Program-made: the position numbers and the translations under genes | Shown here: one piece after another, positions 1-12,800 of the stretch | Position numbering within the stretch: position 1 is the first letter of the stretch | Layout: each line of letters opens with the position of its first letter | Notes under the pieces: generated by a model | The model's database searches: none | The model's input: only the letters and a program-made list of their open reading frames with translations | What the model was told of the DNA's origin: nothing | Assembly: GCA_918797485.1 (NCBI GenBank) | Contig: CAKKNE010000003.1 | Coordinates: 3,100,001 to 3,164,000 of the forward strand | DNA from: Pelagomonas calceolata | Taxonomy: Eukaryota | Direction: 5' to 3' | DNA length: 64,000 nucleotides

Positions 1-293
1 GCGGTGTTTGTCGACTGGGCGTCGATGGTTTACAGCTCGTTCGGGGTGCCTAGAGTACGTTGTGGGCTTTCCCCGGTATTGATTGTATGCGTTCGCGAAG
101 CCTGGGGCCGTCCCGAGGGCTAGGCAGGACGACCTCGCGGTCGGTAGAACCGCAACTTCGGGTAAAATGAATTACAACCTATAAACAAATGCGCCGTGAT
201 CACCAAAACGTAAAGGACACGCGAGGTGGGGGTTGGGGGTCGAAGTGGGTGGGGGGGGCGGGGGTCACGACCCGGCATCAGGAGCCAGAGGAT

Positions 294-581
294 TCAGGGA
301 GGGTGGAGGGAGGAGCGTCTCGATCCCCGGGCCCGTACCGCCGCCACCGCGTCACGTTGCTCTGCGCCGGCCTGCAGCAGGAGCTCGACGATCGCTGAAG
401 CGTTTGCCGAGTGTTCTATTGCTTGCGAAATAAGATGTTTTAAAGAAGGAAGAATGAATGGGTGGCCTTCCAGCGCTTCATCGACGAACTCGTTGCCGCC
501 GTTTTTGAGCCATGCGCTCACCGCGACGAGGTCGCCGTCGCATACCGCGTCGACGACCGACTCGGGAATATTTTGAGCCAT
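294..581 (-). CDS. short ankyrin-repeat-like protein or fragment
   Basis: Ankyrin-like segments 'DAVCDGDLVAVSAWL' and 'AIVELLLQAGA'; ATG at 581. Short and possibly a remnant. Confidence 0.35.
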   Translation of the reverse strand: MAQNIPESVVDAVCDGDLVAVSAWLKNGGNEFVDEALEGHPFILPSLKHLISQAIEHSANASAIVELLLQAGAEQRDAVAAVRARGSRRSSLHPP

Positions 582-1017
582 CACGTCCGCACTGCGGCAA
601 AATGCAGAGCTGCGCTCGGTGTCCGCCTCCGAATTCGAGAGACCCGTTTACCTGGTCTTTGTCCGAGGGGGCTGCCGCGGCCGCCGGATCTCGCGGAACC
701 GCGAGGCTCGCGGGCTTTACTTGATTTCCTCCTTCAGGTTCGGGCGCGCTGCCGGGCGCGGCGCTGCGGGCGCACGTGCGCTGCGGGCGCGTGTGCTGCA
801 CGGTGTCTTGGTAGCGTGGAGCTGCGCGTGGGCAGTGCGGCGGGCAGCGTCTATCACTCTTGCGAGGCGAGTTGGCTTCGGACAAAAGTACCGTAGGTAC
901 TGCTATCTACCTTATTCACTATAGGTCTATTCTGTCCGGTAAAATAAGGGGCCCGGTAATATAATGGCCGCGGAGAACGACCGGTGGGTACTACGGAAGA
1001 GTGAAGGTGCCAACAAA

Positions 1018-2286
1018 TTACTTAGAGGAAGAGGCCTCGGCATCGCACGCGGCGGCCGGCACCTTGCCCGAAGAGCCGTCCGGGCCCGAGTCCACGGCTG
1101 CCGCCGGCGCGGCCGGCGTCGCGTCGTCGTCGGCGGCGCTCGGGTCCCGTGCGCTACTCGACGGCGGCGGCGCCTCACGGGCGCGGAGCGCGGCTCGCGC
1201 GAGTCCCAGATGGCGCTCAAGCGCCTTCGTGAGCGGGTGCGCGCCTCCGAGCACGCGCCGCGCGATCCGTTTCGTCTCCTCGAGCGTCGTTACGGCCACG
1301 CAGAGATCATCAAGCGTGGCGCCGTCGGCCCTGTAGAGAGTCAGCGCGTAAGTCCACCTCATCGTGAGCGTGAGATGATGACTCTCTCCGAGAAGGCGTC
1401 GCGCCACGGGAATCATTTTGCGGAACAGTGCCTTGGCTTCTTCAAAGCGCCGCAGATTATGGAGGGACGAAGCGTAGTTGTTGGCTTCTCTGATTGTGTC
1501 GAAGTGTTCCTCGCCGTGTAAATTCACGCATTCAGAGTATACTTCTCGTCGCAAGGTTAGGGCATCTTCACGCCTTTCGAGCAATTGATACGTGTTCGCA
1601 ACATTGCCCTTCACGAGGAGAATGTCGTTTTGTGGTGCGCCAATGCGCCGCAACAGAGACAACTCGGCCTCTCGCACGGACAGCGCGTCCTTGTGGTGCT
1701 TTGCATCGGATAAACCGTTCCCGAGCACGCTCATCGCAAATCTCCGAGCCATGTCCTCCTCCGGCCGCCCCGCGTACGTCTTCCAGCACGCCCACCCGAG
1801 TGCGCACCCCACGAGCCCGTGGTACTCTTGTTCGCATAGGCTGCACGTGCGCCACCGCTGCCACCTCTCATTCACTTTGTCCGTCAAATTATTTTCCTCG
1901 GCCTCGGCGATCAAAATCTTCGCCTGTTCCGCCAGACACGACACGTGCACGAATCCCGCCGTCCCGCGGCACGCGCACATACGCACGAGGCCCTCCTTCG
2001 TCTTCCAGTGGAGGGCCTGCGTGCAGATGTAGCACGTCTGGCCCTTTGTGTCCTCGGCGCACGCCTCGACCGCGACCGCGACGGCCTCCGTGCACTTGTT
2101 ATTTGCGTTGTATTGTTCGGCGCCGCCTGCTTTTTTAATTAATTTGCAGACCTGGTCGTGCCCACCCTCCTTCTAGTGCTGCACCTGACACTCGGCGCCG
2201 CAGTAGCGCGTGCTGCAGCGGCCACATTTCTTGCCCAAGGATAAGCCGAGCGGCGCCGCGCAGGCGGCGCAGTATGTGAAATACAT
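1018..2286 (-). pseudogene. MYND zinc finger + RING-variant + TPR-like protein with an in-frame stop
   Basis: The frame from ATG 2286 reads MYFTYCAACAAPL..KCGRCSTRYCGAECQVQH*KEGGHDQVC (MYND), then CYIC..CACRGTAGFVHVSC..CSLC (RINGv), then TPR-like helices. TAG at 2173-2175 lies where Trp is expected. Confidence 0.7.
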
Positions 2287-2484
2287 TTGTGCTTGGGAGG
2301 CGTTTGTAGACGGCGGGGCGCGGCGACGGCGTCGAGCGGCGGCTGGCGGGCGATGGGCAGCCCGCTCCCTGGTGCTGGAGTCGATGGGGCAGCCCTTTGG
2401 CTGGTACGCGTCGACGGCGCGCGGGGACCGGCGGCCTTTGTTTTCGTGCCGAGGTAGCTAGTGTCTTACAGGCGCTAGATAATC

Positions 2485-2891
2485 ATGCTCGCAGAGCCTC
2501 TAGGGTGAGTTCGGGTTCTCTATCGTTGATTGCCTTTAGCCTCATCAACTAGCGCAGCAGAACCGACTTACTCGCGATCCAGAAGGTCAGTCGCGCGGAC
2601 GTCGTCGTGGGCATGCACGGCGCGGCCCTCGCGCACCTGACGTGGCACAAGCCGGGCGCCGTGGTCGTGGAGCTCTTCTCGCACAAGATGGCGGGCCTCT
2701 GGTTCTACCGGTCGCACACCAGGCGCTACGGCTCCGTCTTCGTCGGGCCAGCAAAAGGCCGGGACGCGGCGTACTGGCGGCGCCGGCTCGACATGGACGC
2801 CGCGACAGCCGACCGCGTCGTGAGGTGCGCGCGGGAGACGGCCGCCGGCGCCGACCCGAAGCCGGCCTGCGACGCGAAGCCCCCGAAGTAG
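2485..2891 (+). CDS. glycosyltransferase family 61-like C-terminal fragment, possible intron 2505-2560
   Basis: 'ADVVVGMHGAALAHLTW..PGAVVVELF' motif. A GTGAGT..CAG intron at 2505-2560 would join ATG 2485 in frame. Far shorter than a full GT61. Confidence 0.4.
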
Positions 2892-2914
2892 TGTTGTGAG
2901 CACATTAATACGAG

Positions 2915-3436
2915 TTACACACTCCTACTATCGATCTTGGTCCACGCGGCGTTGATCGCCGCGAACGCCTCGCCCGTCGCGGCGGACCCCGACTTGTCCG
3001 GGTGGTAGCGGCGCGCGAGCTCGAGGTACGCGGCGCGGCACGCGGCCCGCGACGCGAAGGGGCCGACGCCCAGGACGACGCGCGGGTCGCCGGAGCGCCA
3101 GCGCGCGTTTCCATCGTCGTCTTTGGAGGCGTCGCGCGGCCGCCGCCGGGCGCGGTGCCGGCGGCGCGCACGCCACAGCAGGACGCCCGCGCCGGCGAGG
3201 CAGCCCGCGGCGCCGACGAGGAGGCACGTCCGCGCGCGGCGCCGCGCGCGGGCCTCGGCCGCGCGCGCGGCCGCCTCCAGGAGGTCGACGTGGCGCTCGA
3301 GTCTCTCGAGGATCTCCAGACGCTGCACGTCGTCGTCGAGGAACATGACACCGGTCGCGGTGGCGAAGCCGGCGCCATAGCCGGTGCCGAAGGCGGTGCC
3401 AAAGGCCACGGGACTGCGCCGCAGGGCGGCCGCCAT
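2915..3436 (-). CDS. membrane protein with C-terminal DnaJ domain
   Basis: 'VLGV..ACRAAYLELARRYHPDKSG...FAAINAAW' J-domain with HPD; hydrophobic segment upstream. Start uncertain (3436 or 3466). Confidence 0.75.
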   Translation of the reverse strand: MAAALRRSPVAFGTAFGTGYGAGFATATGVMFLDDDVQRLEILERLERHVDLLEAAARAAEARARRRARTCLLVGAAGCLAGAGVLLWRARRRHRARRRPRDASKDDDGNARWRSGDPRVVLGVGPFASRAACRAAYLELARRYHPDKSGSAATGEAFAAINAAWTKIDSRSV

Positions 3437-3646
3437 CGGCCGGCCGGCGGCCCGGGCCGGCTGCATGGTCCACGGCGTCGTCGCGACCACGGCTTAGCGT
3501 CCAGAGGCAGCCTCTCTCATGTGCCTTGCTGCCATGACATTTTGTCGTACTAGGATTCAGTGTGCCATGACCGTTCTGCTTAGAAGGAGGTATGATGTCA
3601 TAAAAACGCCGTCCACCTTTTGGTCCTAGCAAAAATTCAACAAACA

Positions 3647-4477
3647 TTACCGCTGTTCCGCCGGCGCGGCTTGGAGGGAGAGCCCCTCCAGCACGCCCGA
3701 CCGGAAGGGGTCGGGCGCGGACACCTCGAGCCCCTCCTCCCCCACGGGCAGCCGGAGCGTCCGCGCGTGCAGCATCATCCGCGGCGCGCCGTCGTCCACG
3801 CCGTACGTCGCGTCCCCGACGATCGGCAGGCCGAGGGCGACGCAGTGGAGGCGGAGCTGGTGGCGCCGGCCCGACGCCGGCCTCAGGAGGAGCTTGGCCA
3901 CGGGCTTGCCCAGGTACGACCCGCGCGCGAGTTCGACGACGGTCGTCGCGGCGGGCCCCGAGTGCTTCCGCTTCCGCCGGCGCTCGTCCCGGTCCGCCTT
4001 CGGCGCGTCCTGGTCCAGGAGGGGCCAGACGGCGTCCACGTCCCCGATCGTCATTCGAAAGGCGTCCTCGGGCGACTGGCAGATCGGGTCCGCGCAGGCC
4101 AGTTCCCGGGACGGCGGCGCGCCCCAGACGAGGGCGAGGTACTCCTTCTGGACCCGGCGCTCCTGGAAGCAGATCTGCGCGGCCGCGGCGGCCTTCTTCG
4201 ACGTCGCGTAGAGCATGACGCCGCTCGTCGCGTAGTCGAGCTGGTGGCAGTGGCGCAGCTCCGTCCGCACGGCGGGCGGGAGCGACGCCCGCACGAGGTC
4301 CTGGAGGTTCGGGTCGCCGTCGTCGTTTTTCTGCTTGTCGATGCGCATGTCGTAGGGCTTGTCGACGGCGACGTACGAATCGGTTTCGTAGAGCGTCGTG
4401 ATCGTGCGCTTCCGCGACGGGCGGCGCTCCGTCGTGAATGACGTCGGTTTATTTGTGGGTGGCTCGGCCTCGGCCAT
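3647..4477 (-). CDS. RluA-family RNA pseudouridine synthase (RPUSD1-like)
   Basis: Motifs VDKP, HQLDYATSG, GRRHQLRLH, PIVGD, MMLHA. Confidence 0.9.
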   Translation of the reverse strand: MAEAEPPTNKPTSFTTERRPSRKRTITTLYETDSYVAVDKPYDMRIDKQKNDDGDPNLQDLVRASLPPAVRTELRHCHQLDYATSGVMLYATSKKAAAAAQICFQERRVQKEYLALVWGAPPSRELACADPICQSPEDAFRMTIGDVDAVWPLLDQDAPKADRDERRRKRKHSGPAATTVVELARGSYLGKPVAKLLLRPASGRRHQLRLHCVALGLPIVGDATYGVDDGAPRMMLHARTLRLPVGEEGLEVSAPDPFRSGVLEGLSLQAAPAEQR

Positions 4478-4832
4478 GATCTCGCGCGGTCGGTATGCCG
4501 CCGCAGAGCGCCGGCGTCGAATGCTGCTTGCAGTCTTGTGGCAGCCTTCGAGCTGCGCTGTGACGCGAAGTGGGCTCAAAATCAATCAAAACGATCACTT
4601 TGTGGGCAAATTGCGAATGCTGGCCTGGTTGATGCCTTACAGCGGTTTGTTGCTATTTCTAGTGTGTTACAGGTCGCTAACTAATAAAACGAATTGCGAG
4701 CCGCACTTCCCCGCTAGTCTCTCTCGCAAGAGGCTGGTGCGTGGTGACCTACAGCCCGTTGCGCGTCGTGCGGCGAAACGCTGAGGACGCTGAGGACGAG
4801 CATTTTGTACTACAATTTTGCTACCTGTCAAA

Positions 4833-6590
4833 ATGAGCGCCCAGGAAGCGGCAAACGGCTTCGTCAGCGGCGAGCTCTTGCTGAGGAGCGACGAGAACGA
4901 CGACCGGTGCCTGCCCCCCGCGCTCGAGAAGAGGCTCCGGGACTCGCTGCGCGGGCGCGTCGCGCGGAAGCGCTGCGGCCGGAGCTTGCGACGGGCCGCG
5001 ATTTTAAGGGAGGCCGCGGCGGAGCGGCGCGGCGCGACGGTCGCGTCGATCGCCGCCGCGAAGACCCGGGGCGAGGGCCTCGTCGAGGAGGGCCGCGCGG
5101 CGGCGCGGCGCGCGGCGCGCGCGCAGACGCGCCGGGAGCAGCGGGACGAGGAGGACGCGGACGCGCGCCTCGCGACGCTCGCGATCCGCTACGGCAGCGT
5201 CGTGGCCGCCGAGCGCCGCGCGGCGCAGTGCCGCGAGCGCGTCGCCGAGGCCGAGCGGCTCAAGGCGATCGACGTGCTGGAGCTGCGGAACCGGCTGGCG
5301 GCCTTCGCGCTGCACTGCGACCACGAGACGCGCGGCGCGGCGCGGTTACGGAGGCTGACGCCGCGCGACGCGCAGTATGCGCGGTGCCGCCGGGCCGCGG
5401 CCGAGAACGCGCGGCGCGGCTTCTTCGCGGGCGGCGGGCCCTTCGCGGGGCTGGACGTCGTCGACGTCTTCAAGATCGAGAACCGGTGCCTGCTGGACGC
5501 GTTCCAGCGCGAGGTGGAGAGGAGGAAGACGCCGCGGAGCGACGAGAAGAAAATAGCGGTCAAGGGTTTATTTTGCGACGTGCCCGCGGCGAGCGTGGAA
5601 CGGTTGGTGCTCTACGGGCTGCGGGGCGACGCGGCGCCGTTGGAGCGGACGCTCTTCGACGACGCGTGGCTCGCGGACCAGTCGCGGACGCCGGGCGCGC
5701 CGACGGCCGCGAGCCCCGGCGGCTTCGGCGGGACGGTCGAGCGGAAGCCGACCGAGGTCAAGGCGCGGCGCGCGGCGCGCGACGCGGCGTCCCTCGAGTT
5801 TCCGCGCGCCTTCTCGCGGTACTCGACGCTCGAGAGCGTGCGAGGCGACGCGCGGAAAGGCGGCGAACGGGCGGGGCGGCTGCGCGTGCTCGCGTTGTGC
5901 CGGGTGCTCGTCGGCGCCGTGCGCGTCGAGGAGGACGCGTCCACCGACGGCCCGGAGCCCGACGCCTTATATAGCTCCGTGCGCGAGGAGTACCGCCCGC
6001 TCAAGCCCGAGAACGTGCTCCCGGAGTTCCTGCTGCTCTACCGCCTGGCGCCGGCGAAGGACAAGACGCACGTCGACGCGCCCGCCCTCAGTGGGGGCGC
6101 CGCGCTCGCGCTCGACGGCGTCGCGCGCCAGGCCGCGGGCCTCTTCGCCGAGGACGGGCCGGCGGCGGCCGGGGACGACGCGGCCTTCCCGCGCTGCGAG
6201 CACAAGGCGCCGCTCGCGCTCGCGGCGGCGCTGACCGAGGCGCCGAAGCAGCCGTCGCCGCGGCGGCCCCGCGCGAGCGCGCTCGCCGACCCGCCCGGGG
6301 GCGAGCCGCCGCGGCCGGCCGCGGCGGACCCGGTGGCGGCCCACTGGGACCTCGTCCAGCGCAACGCGCTCCACGAGAAGCGGCGCATCGTCGCCGAGAT
6401 CGAGAAGGTCCTGTCCTCTGCTGGCGAGGCGGCCGCGTCGCCGCCGCGGCCGCCGTCCCGGCCGGCCGACGCGGCCTGGGCCGACGAGCCGTCGTCGCCG
6501 GCGGAGAAGCGGGGGCGAGCGGTGAGTCCTCCCTGGCCCGCGCCGCCGCAGCAGGGTCGGCCGCGGTCGCCGCGGGCGCGGCCGCGATGA
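4833..6590 (+). CDS. coiled-coil protein with degenerate PARP/ADP-ribosyltransferase-like domain
   Basis: Long GC3-rich ORF. 'VFKIENRCLLDAF', 'LALCRVLVG' and 'EY...PENVLPEFLLLY' resemble PARP catalytic-fold strands. Confidence 0.6.
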   Translation: MSAQEAANGFVSGELLLRSDENDDRCLPPALEKRLRDSLRGRVARKRCGRSLRRAAILREAAAERRGATVASIAAAKTRGEGLVEEGRAAARRAARAQTRREQRDEEDADARLATLAIRYGSVVAAERRAAQCRERVAEAERLKAIDVLELRNRLAAFALHCDHETRGAARLRRLTPRDAQYARCRRAAAENARRGFFAGGGPFAGLDVVDVFKIENRCLLDAFQREVERRKTPRSDEKKIAVKGLFCDVPAASVERLVLYGLRGDAAPLERTLFDDAWLADQSRTPGAPTAASPGGFGGTVERKPTEVKARRAARDAASLEFPRAFSRYSTLESVRGDARKGGERAGRLRVLALCRVLVGAVRVEEDASTDGPEPDALYSSVREEYRPLKPENVLPEFLLLYRLAPAKDKTHVDAPALSGGAALALDGVARQAAGLFAEDGPAAAGDDAAFPRCEHKAPLALAAALTEAPKQPSPRRPRASALADPPGGEPPRPAAADPVAAHWDLVQRNALHEKRRIVAEIEKVLSSAGEAAASPPRPPSRPADAAWADEPSSPAEKRGRAVSPPWPAPPQQGRPRSPRARPR

Positions 6591-6852
6591 GGCGTTAATT
6601 TTTGAATATAAGATCCTAGAGGGTGAAAATCGCGGCAGCTAGCGTCGTAAAGATACTAGTATTATATACTACTAGCCGCAAGCGACGAGCACGCAGATGC
6701 TCTCAGCTCAGCCGTGACATCCATACACGTAGTTACACTGTTGTAGTCGTGCGGTACAGCAGGAGCGAATCTAACAGCCCCGAGGAAACGCGCCAGCAGT
6801 GCTCTGCACAGCAACTCTACACCGAACAGCGCGAATGCGTAAATAGAATAGA

Positions 6853-9800
6853 ATGAACGAAAGAGACGCGCGCCGATTCGTCGCGGGGTGCAACCCCCGA
6901 ATGTTCAACGTTGACGACGACGAAGACTTGGACGTGCGCGCGGCGCTCGACGCCTGCGCCGTGGTGCTCCTCACACCCGACCAGGCCCACTGGGTGGTCA
7001 GTGAGCTGGAAATGTGGCGGGGGAACCGCGCGATGCTGCTGGACCTCGTCGCGCGCGGCGTCCGCCTGGCGGGCGGCGACGCGGCCGCCGCCGCGCTCGC
7101 GGGCGTGATACTCAAGCTCGTGTCGGGCGAGGAACTCCGGCCGCTCCTCCAGCCGCTCATGCCCGCCCTCCGCCGGAGCGCGTGCGCGGCGACGCTGGCG
7201 GCGGCCGGGCTCCTCGACGACGACGGCGACGCGGCCCCGCTGTGGGAGGACGCGGACGCGTCGGACGACCCCCACGCTTTAGTATTGTCCCCGGCGTTTG
7301 TGGACGTGTTCGGGGTTGCGGTGCTGCGGCGGGGCCCGCCGGCGCGGTCGCCCTATCCGACGGCCGCGGCGTCGTTCGTGGCGAACTGTCGAAGTCTCGC
7401 GGAGGCCCTCAACGCGCCGCGGCGGCCGCCCGTCGTCGTCGCGGGGAAGCGGGGCGCGGGCCGCACGGCGGCGATCCGGGAGCTGGCGAGCCGCTGCGGC
7501 GCCGTCGTGCGGGAGTTCGTGCTCGACGAGGCCTGCGACGCGCGCGCGCTCGTGGGCTACCACGAGGTCGCGGAGGACGGCCGCTTCTCGTGGCGGCGCG
7601 GGCCCCTCGCCCTGGCCGTGGAGCGGGGCGAGTGGGCCGTCGTCGAGGACGTCGACCGGGCGTCGCTCGAGGTCCTCGCGCTGCTCAAGCCGCTCGCCGA
7701 GGGGTTTTCGCTGGGAGCGGCGGGCCGGGCCCTGGCCTCGGAGAGCGTGCGCCGCCACGCGGGCTTCCGCCTCCTGGGCACGGCCACGACGGAGGAGGCG
7801 CGGTTCCTCGGCCGCGAGCACTGGGTCGAGGCGTACTGCCGGCCGCTGGACCGCGCCGAGCTCATGGCCATCGTCGGGCTCCCCGCGTCCGTCGCCGCGG
7901 CCGTCGTCGACGCCGCGGAGGGAAGCGCGCGCGACGCGATCAAGATGGCGCGCCGCGTGCGGGACCGCGTGAACCTCGAGGAGGGGCCCTACGCGCCCGA
8001 GGCCAAGCGCCTACTCGCCGCGGTCGAGGCCTGCGACGTCGTGCTCGGGCGGTGCCGGGGCGACGCCGCGGAAGCGGAGGCCAACGTCGCGGAGGCCTTC
8101 GGGCTCGAGCCGGACCACCTGCGCATGCGCGTGCGGGCCTCCTCCCCCCAAATCACGTCCACCCCCCGCGGCGTCCAGGTCGGGCGCGTCGTGCTAGAAA
8201 CGACCGGAGGCGCGCCGGACCTGAGGTTCGCGCCGACGCCGCACGCCGCGCGGCTGCTCGAGCGCGTCGCGGCCTGCGTCGCGTCGCGCGAGCCGGTCCT
8301 ATTGGTGGGCGAGCCGGGCGGTGGCAAGACGACCCTGGTGCAGGTGCTCGCGAGGCACTGCGGCGCGACGCTCCGGGTGCTGAACCTGTCCCACGCGACG
8401 GACGCCGAGGAGCTGCTGGGCGGCGTGCGCCCGGTGTCCGTCGCCGAAGTGAGCCGGCGGCTCCGGGACGCGTGCGCCGAGCTCTTCGCGGCGACCTTCG
8501 ACGCCGCGGCGAACGCGGCCTTTTTGGGCGTGCTGGATAGGGCCTTCGCGGCGTCGGACTGGGCCAAGGTCGCGCGGGGCGCGGCGAAGGCCTGCGACGC
8601 TTACACGAAAAGTTCGAAGCGCCGGAAGCTCGACGCCGGCCAGACGGCCGGCTGGGCCCGCCTCGCGACGCAGGCCCAGATCCTCGAGAAGCGCTGCGCC
8701 GAGCCGCACCGCCTGGCCTTCGCGTTCATGGCGTCCGCCCTGGCGGACGCGGCGGCAAAGGGCGACTGGGTCCTGCTGGACGAGGTCAACCTCGCGCCGG
8801 GCGACGTCCTCCAGCATTTGCTGCCCATGCTCGAGGGCCGGGACGTCCACGGTCAGTTTAGAGTGTTCGCGGCGATGAACCCGAGCGGCGACGCCGGCAA
8901 GCGCGAGCTGCCGCCCGCCGTGCGGTCGCGGTTCACGGAGCTCTTCGTGAGCGAGCCTTCGGACGACGCGGACCTGATCGCCATCGCGGAGACGCGGCTC
9001 GCGCCGCTCGACGACCTCCACCGCGCGGCGCGGCGCGACGCGGCGGCGCTGGCCGTGGCGACGCACCGGCGGCTCCTCGACCTCGTGAGGACCGGGCCGG
9101 CGGTCCTCACGGACGGCGGCGGCCAGGCGCCGCGGTATTCCCTACGGACGCTGTGCCGCGCGCTGGACGCCGCCTGCGTGTTAAGCGTGAAGGGCGGCCC
9201 CGTGGCGGCATTGCGGGAGGGCTTCGAGCTGGCCTACGCGACGCAGCTGGTGGGGGACGCGGCCGAGGGCGGGCGCCGCGTCTGCGGGCGGGAGATCCGC
9301 GAGGGGCTGGGCGCATCCATGGCATCGGACATGCCGCCGCCGCGGCCGTCGCGTTTCACGGACGACGACGCGGACCTCGTGGCGGGCTTCTGGGTCGCGG
9401 CGGGGCCGAAGGCGGGCCGCGTCGACGCCGCCTTATTGGGAGACGGCGCGGCCGGCGCCTTCTGCCTCACGCCGACGGTCACGCAGTCGCTGCGCCGCGT
9501 CGCCCGGGCGTTAGCCTTCGGGCGGGCGCCCATTCTGCTGCAGGGCCCGACGTGCGCCGGGAAGACGTCCCTGATCGACTACCTGGCGCGGCGCCTCAAC
9601 GTGCGCTGCGCGCGCATCAACAACCACGAGCACACGGACGTGGCGGAGTACGTCGGACGGTACGCCCCGCTGCCGGACGGCACGATCGGCTGGCTCGACG
9701 GCGCGCTGACCGGCGCGGTGCGGCGCGGCGAGTGGATCCTGTTGGACGAATTGAACCTGGCGCCGCCGGACGTCCTCGAGGCGCTGAATAGATTACTGGA

Positions 9801-12800
9801 CGATAATAGAGAATTGCGCCTCCCGGAGACGGGCGAAGTCATAACACCGCACGCGAACTTCCGGCTCTTCGCCACCCAAAACCCCGCGAGCTGCGCCACG
9901 TCCGGCGCGCAGTACGGCGGCCGCAAGCCCTTGTCGCGGGCCTTCCGCGACCGCTTCGTCGAGATCCACGTCGACGAGCCGCCGCCGGACGAGCTCGCCC
10001 AGATCGTGAAGCGCGTCGGCGGCGTGCCCCCGTCGCTGGCGGCGAAGCTCGTGGACGCGCGGCGGCGCCTCGCGCGGCTGAGACTAGGACGGGGCCGCGA
10101 GGGCGGCACCTTGCTCGACGGGGACGCGGCGTTATGTTCCGCGCGCGACGTGCTCAAGTGGGCGAAGCGGCTCGGCGGGAGCGCCGACAAGGCGCGAGCT
10201 TTACTGGTGGGAGACGACCTGCTCGCGCAGCGGCTGCGGTGCCCCACCGACGTGCGGGCCGTGCGGGCGTGCATCTCCCAGGCCCTCGAGGCGACCCTTG
10301 ATGATGAGAGGACCTGGGCCTCGGTGCGCGACGTGTGCATGCAACAGAACGTCGCGCCGACGGCCGCGATGGCGCGCCTCGTGCAGCTCATGGGCGCGGC
10401 GCTGGACCACGAGGAGCCCGTGCTCCTGGTGGGCGAGACGGGCGGCGGCAAAACGACCGCGTGCCAGCTGCTGGCGGCGATGCGGGGGCAGCAGTTGCGG
10501 GTCCTGAACTGCCACCTCCACTCGGAAGCGTCGGACTTCCTGGGGGCGCTGCGGCCGGCGCGGCGCGAGAGTGGTGGTGCATTGTTCGAGTGGGTCGACG
10601 GGTGCCTGGTCGAGGCGATGCGGCGCGGGGAGATGGTGCTGCTGGACGAGCTGAACCTGGCGGACGACGCCGTTTTGGAGAGATTGAACAGCGTCCTGGA
10701 GCCAGCTAGAACGATCGCGCTCGCGGAGAAGGGCGGCGACGCGCTCGAAATTGTAACGGCGCACCCGGCGTTCCGGCTGCTGGCGACGATGAACCCCGGG
10801 GGCGACCACGGCAAGCGCGAGCTGTCGCCGGCGCTCCGGTCGCGCTTCACGGAGCTCTGGGCGCCGGCGTGCAGCTCGCGCGAGGACCTGCGGGCCCTCG
10901 TGGCGACGACGCTGCCGGACGCGGCCGCGACGGAGGCGCTGCTGGACTTTGGCGAATTCATAAAGGGCATGGCCGACGACGTCAAGCCCCCGCCCTTAAC
11001 GGCGCGGGACCTGGTCCACTGGGCGGCCTTCGTGAAGCACCTCGAAGGCAAGGTCGACGTGGTCGAGGCCCTCGGGCACGGCTGCGGCGTGGTGCTGGAC
11101 GGTCTGGGCGTGGCGAACCCCTGCGTCGAAGCGGACGCTTTAGAGGCGTGTCGAGACGTCTGCGAGCGCCGGTTCGCGGAGATTTGTCGAGGCATGGGCG
11201 ACGTCGAGGATGCGCTCAAATGGGACCGCGCGGGGCCGCCGCTGGCCCGAGACGCTCATGTCTACGGCGCGGCGCCGTTCGCGCTCGAAGCACGGGGCGA
11301 TTTTAACGGAGACGCCTTCTGCGACGACGCGCCGACGACGGCGGCGAACCTGAGGCGGGTCGTCCGCGCGTGCCAGCTCGAGCGCGCGGTGCTGCTGGAG
11401 GGCCCCCCGGGCGTCGGGAAGTCGGCGCTGATTGGCGCGCTCGCGCGGCGCTGCGGCCGGGAGCTGGAGCGCATCAACCTCAGCGAGCACAGCGACGTGC
11501 AGGACTTGGTGGGCGCGGACTTGCCCGCCGACGACGGGTTCTCGTGGCGCGACGGGCCGCTGCTGCGCGCACTACGACGAGGGAGCTGGGTCCTGTTAGA
11601 TGAGTTGAATCTGGCGCCACAGCCCGTGCTCGAGGCGCTGAACGCGGTCCTGGATCATCGCGGCACGCTCTACGTCCCCGAGCTCGGCGAGGCCGTCGCG
11701 AAGGGCCGGGGGTTCCGCCTGTTCGCGACGCAGAATCCGCACGGAGGCGTGAGCGGCCGCCGGGCGTTGCCCAAAAGCTTCTTGGATCGGTTCTTCCGCG
11801 TGCACGTGGCCGCGCTCACTCTGGTCGACTTCGAGGCGGTGGCGTACCAGAAGTACGCGCTCGACGAGGGTTTCGCGCGCGAGTGCGCGGCGTGCGTCGA
11901 TCGCATACGACGGGAGGGCGTCTTTGGCTTGGAGGGCGACGTGAACGCGCGGGACGTCGAGCGCCTCTGCGAGGTCGTTTCCAGTCGCGAGGACGCGAGC
12001 GTTTCCCAGATTGCCGCCGAGGTCTTCGGCCCGCGGTGCGCTGATGATGAACAGCGCCGGAAGTTGGAGAAGGCCGTCGGCGCGGCCGTCGCGCCCGCGT
12101 GCCCCGTGGATCTGGCCCCGGATTGCCTCAGAGCGGGCGGCGTGGCGCTCGCCCGCGCGTTCGCCATCGCGCCGGCGGCGGGCGACGACGACGACGGCGG
12201 AGCACCGCGACGCATCGCGCGCGACAGCAACGCGGCCCCGTCCCTCGCGAGCCTCGCGCGCTGCGTGCGCCAGCGCTGGCCCGCGCTCGTCTACGGCGCC
12301 GGCCGCGCGCCGGTCGAGCCAATCCTAAGGCTGGCCGAGGCGTGCGGGGCGAGCGTCTGGCGCGTGCGCCTCCACCCCGCGTCCGACGTCACGGACCTCC
12401 TCGGCGGCTTCGAGCAGGTCGACGCCGAGCGGTTGCGAAGGCGCGCCGCCGCGCGCTGCCGCGACGCGCGCGCCGACCCCGGTTGTGTTGAGAAGGCCCG
12501 GGCCGCGGAGGCGGCGGAGCGGCGCGCCGCCGCGAGCGGGAACGAACCGCCGCGCTTCGAGTGGGTCGACGGGCCCGTGACGCGCGCGGCGCGGCGGGGC
12601 GCGTGGCTCGTGCTCGAGGACGCGAACCTCGCGCCGCCGTCGGTTTTGGACCGCCTGAACGCGCTGCTCGAGCCCGGGGGCGAGCTCACGGTGACGGAGG
12701 CCGGCGGCGCCGCGCGCGCCGTGCGGCCCGCGCCGGCGTTCCGCGCGTTCCTGACGGTCGATCAACAATACGGCGACGTGTCGCGCGCGATGCGCAACCG

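Noticed and set aside
1..130. Weak collinear resemblance to the 5' part of the SINE-like element (32370-32476, minus strand)
   Set aside because: Only short patches match (TGTC.ACTGG, TTGATTG); cannot be separated from chance without an alignment.
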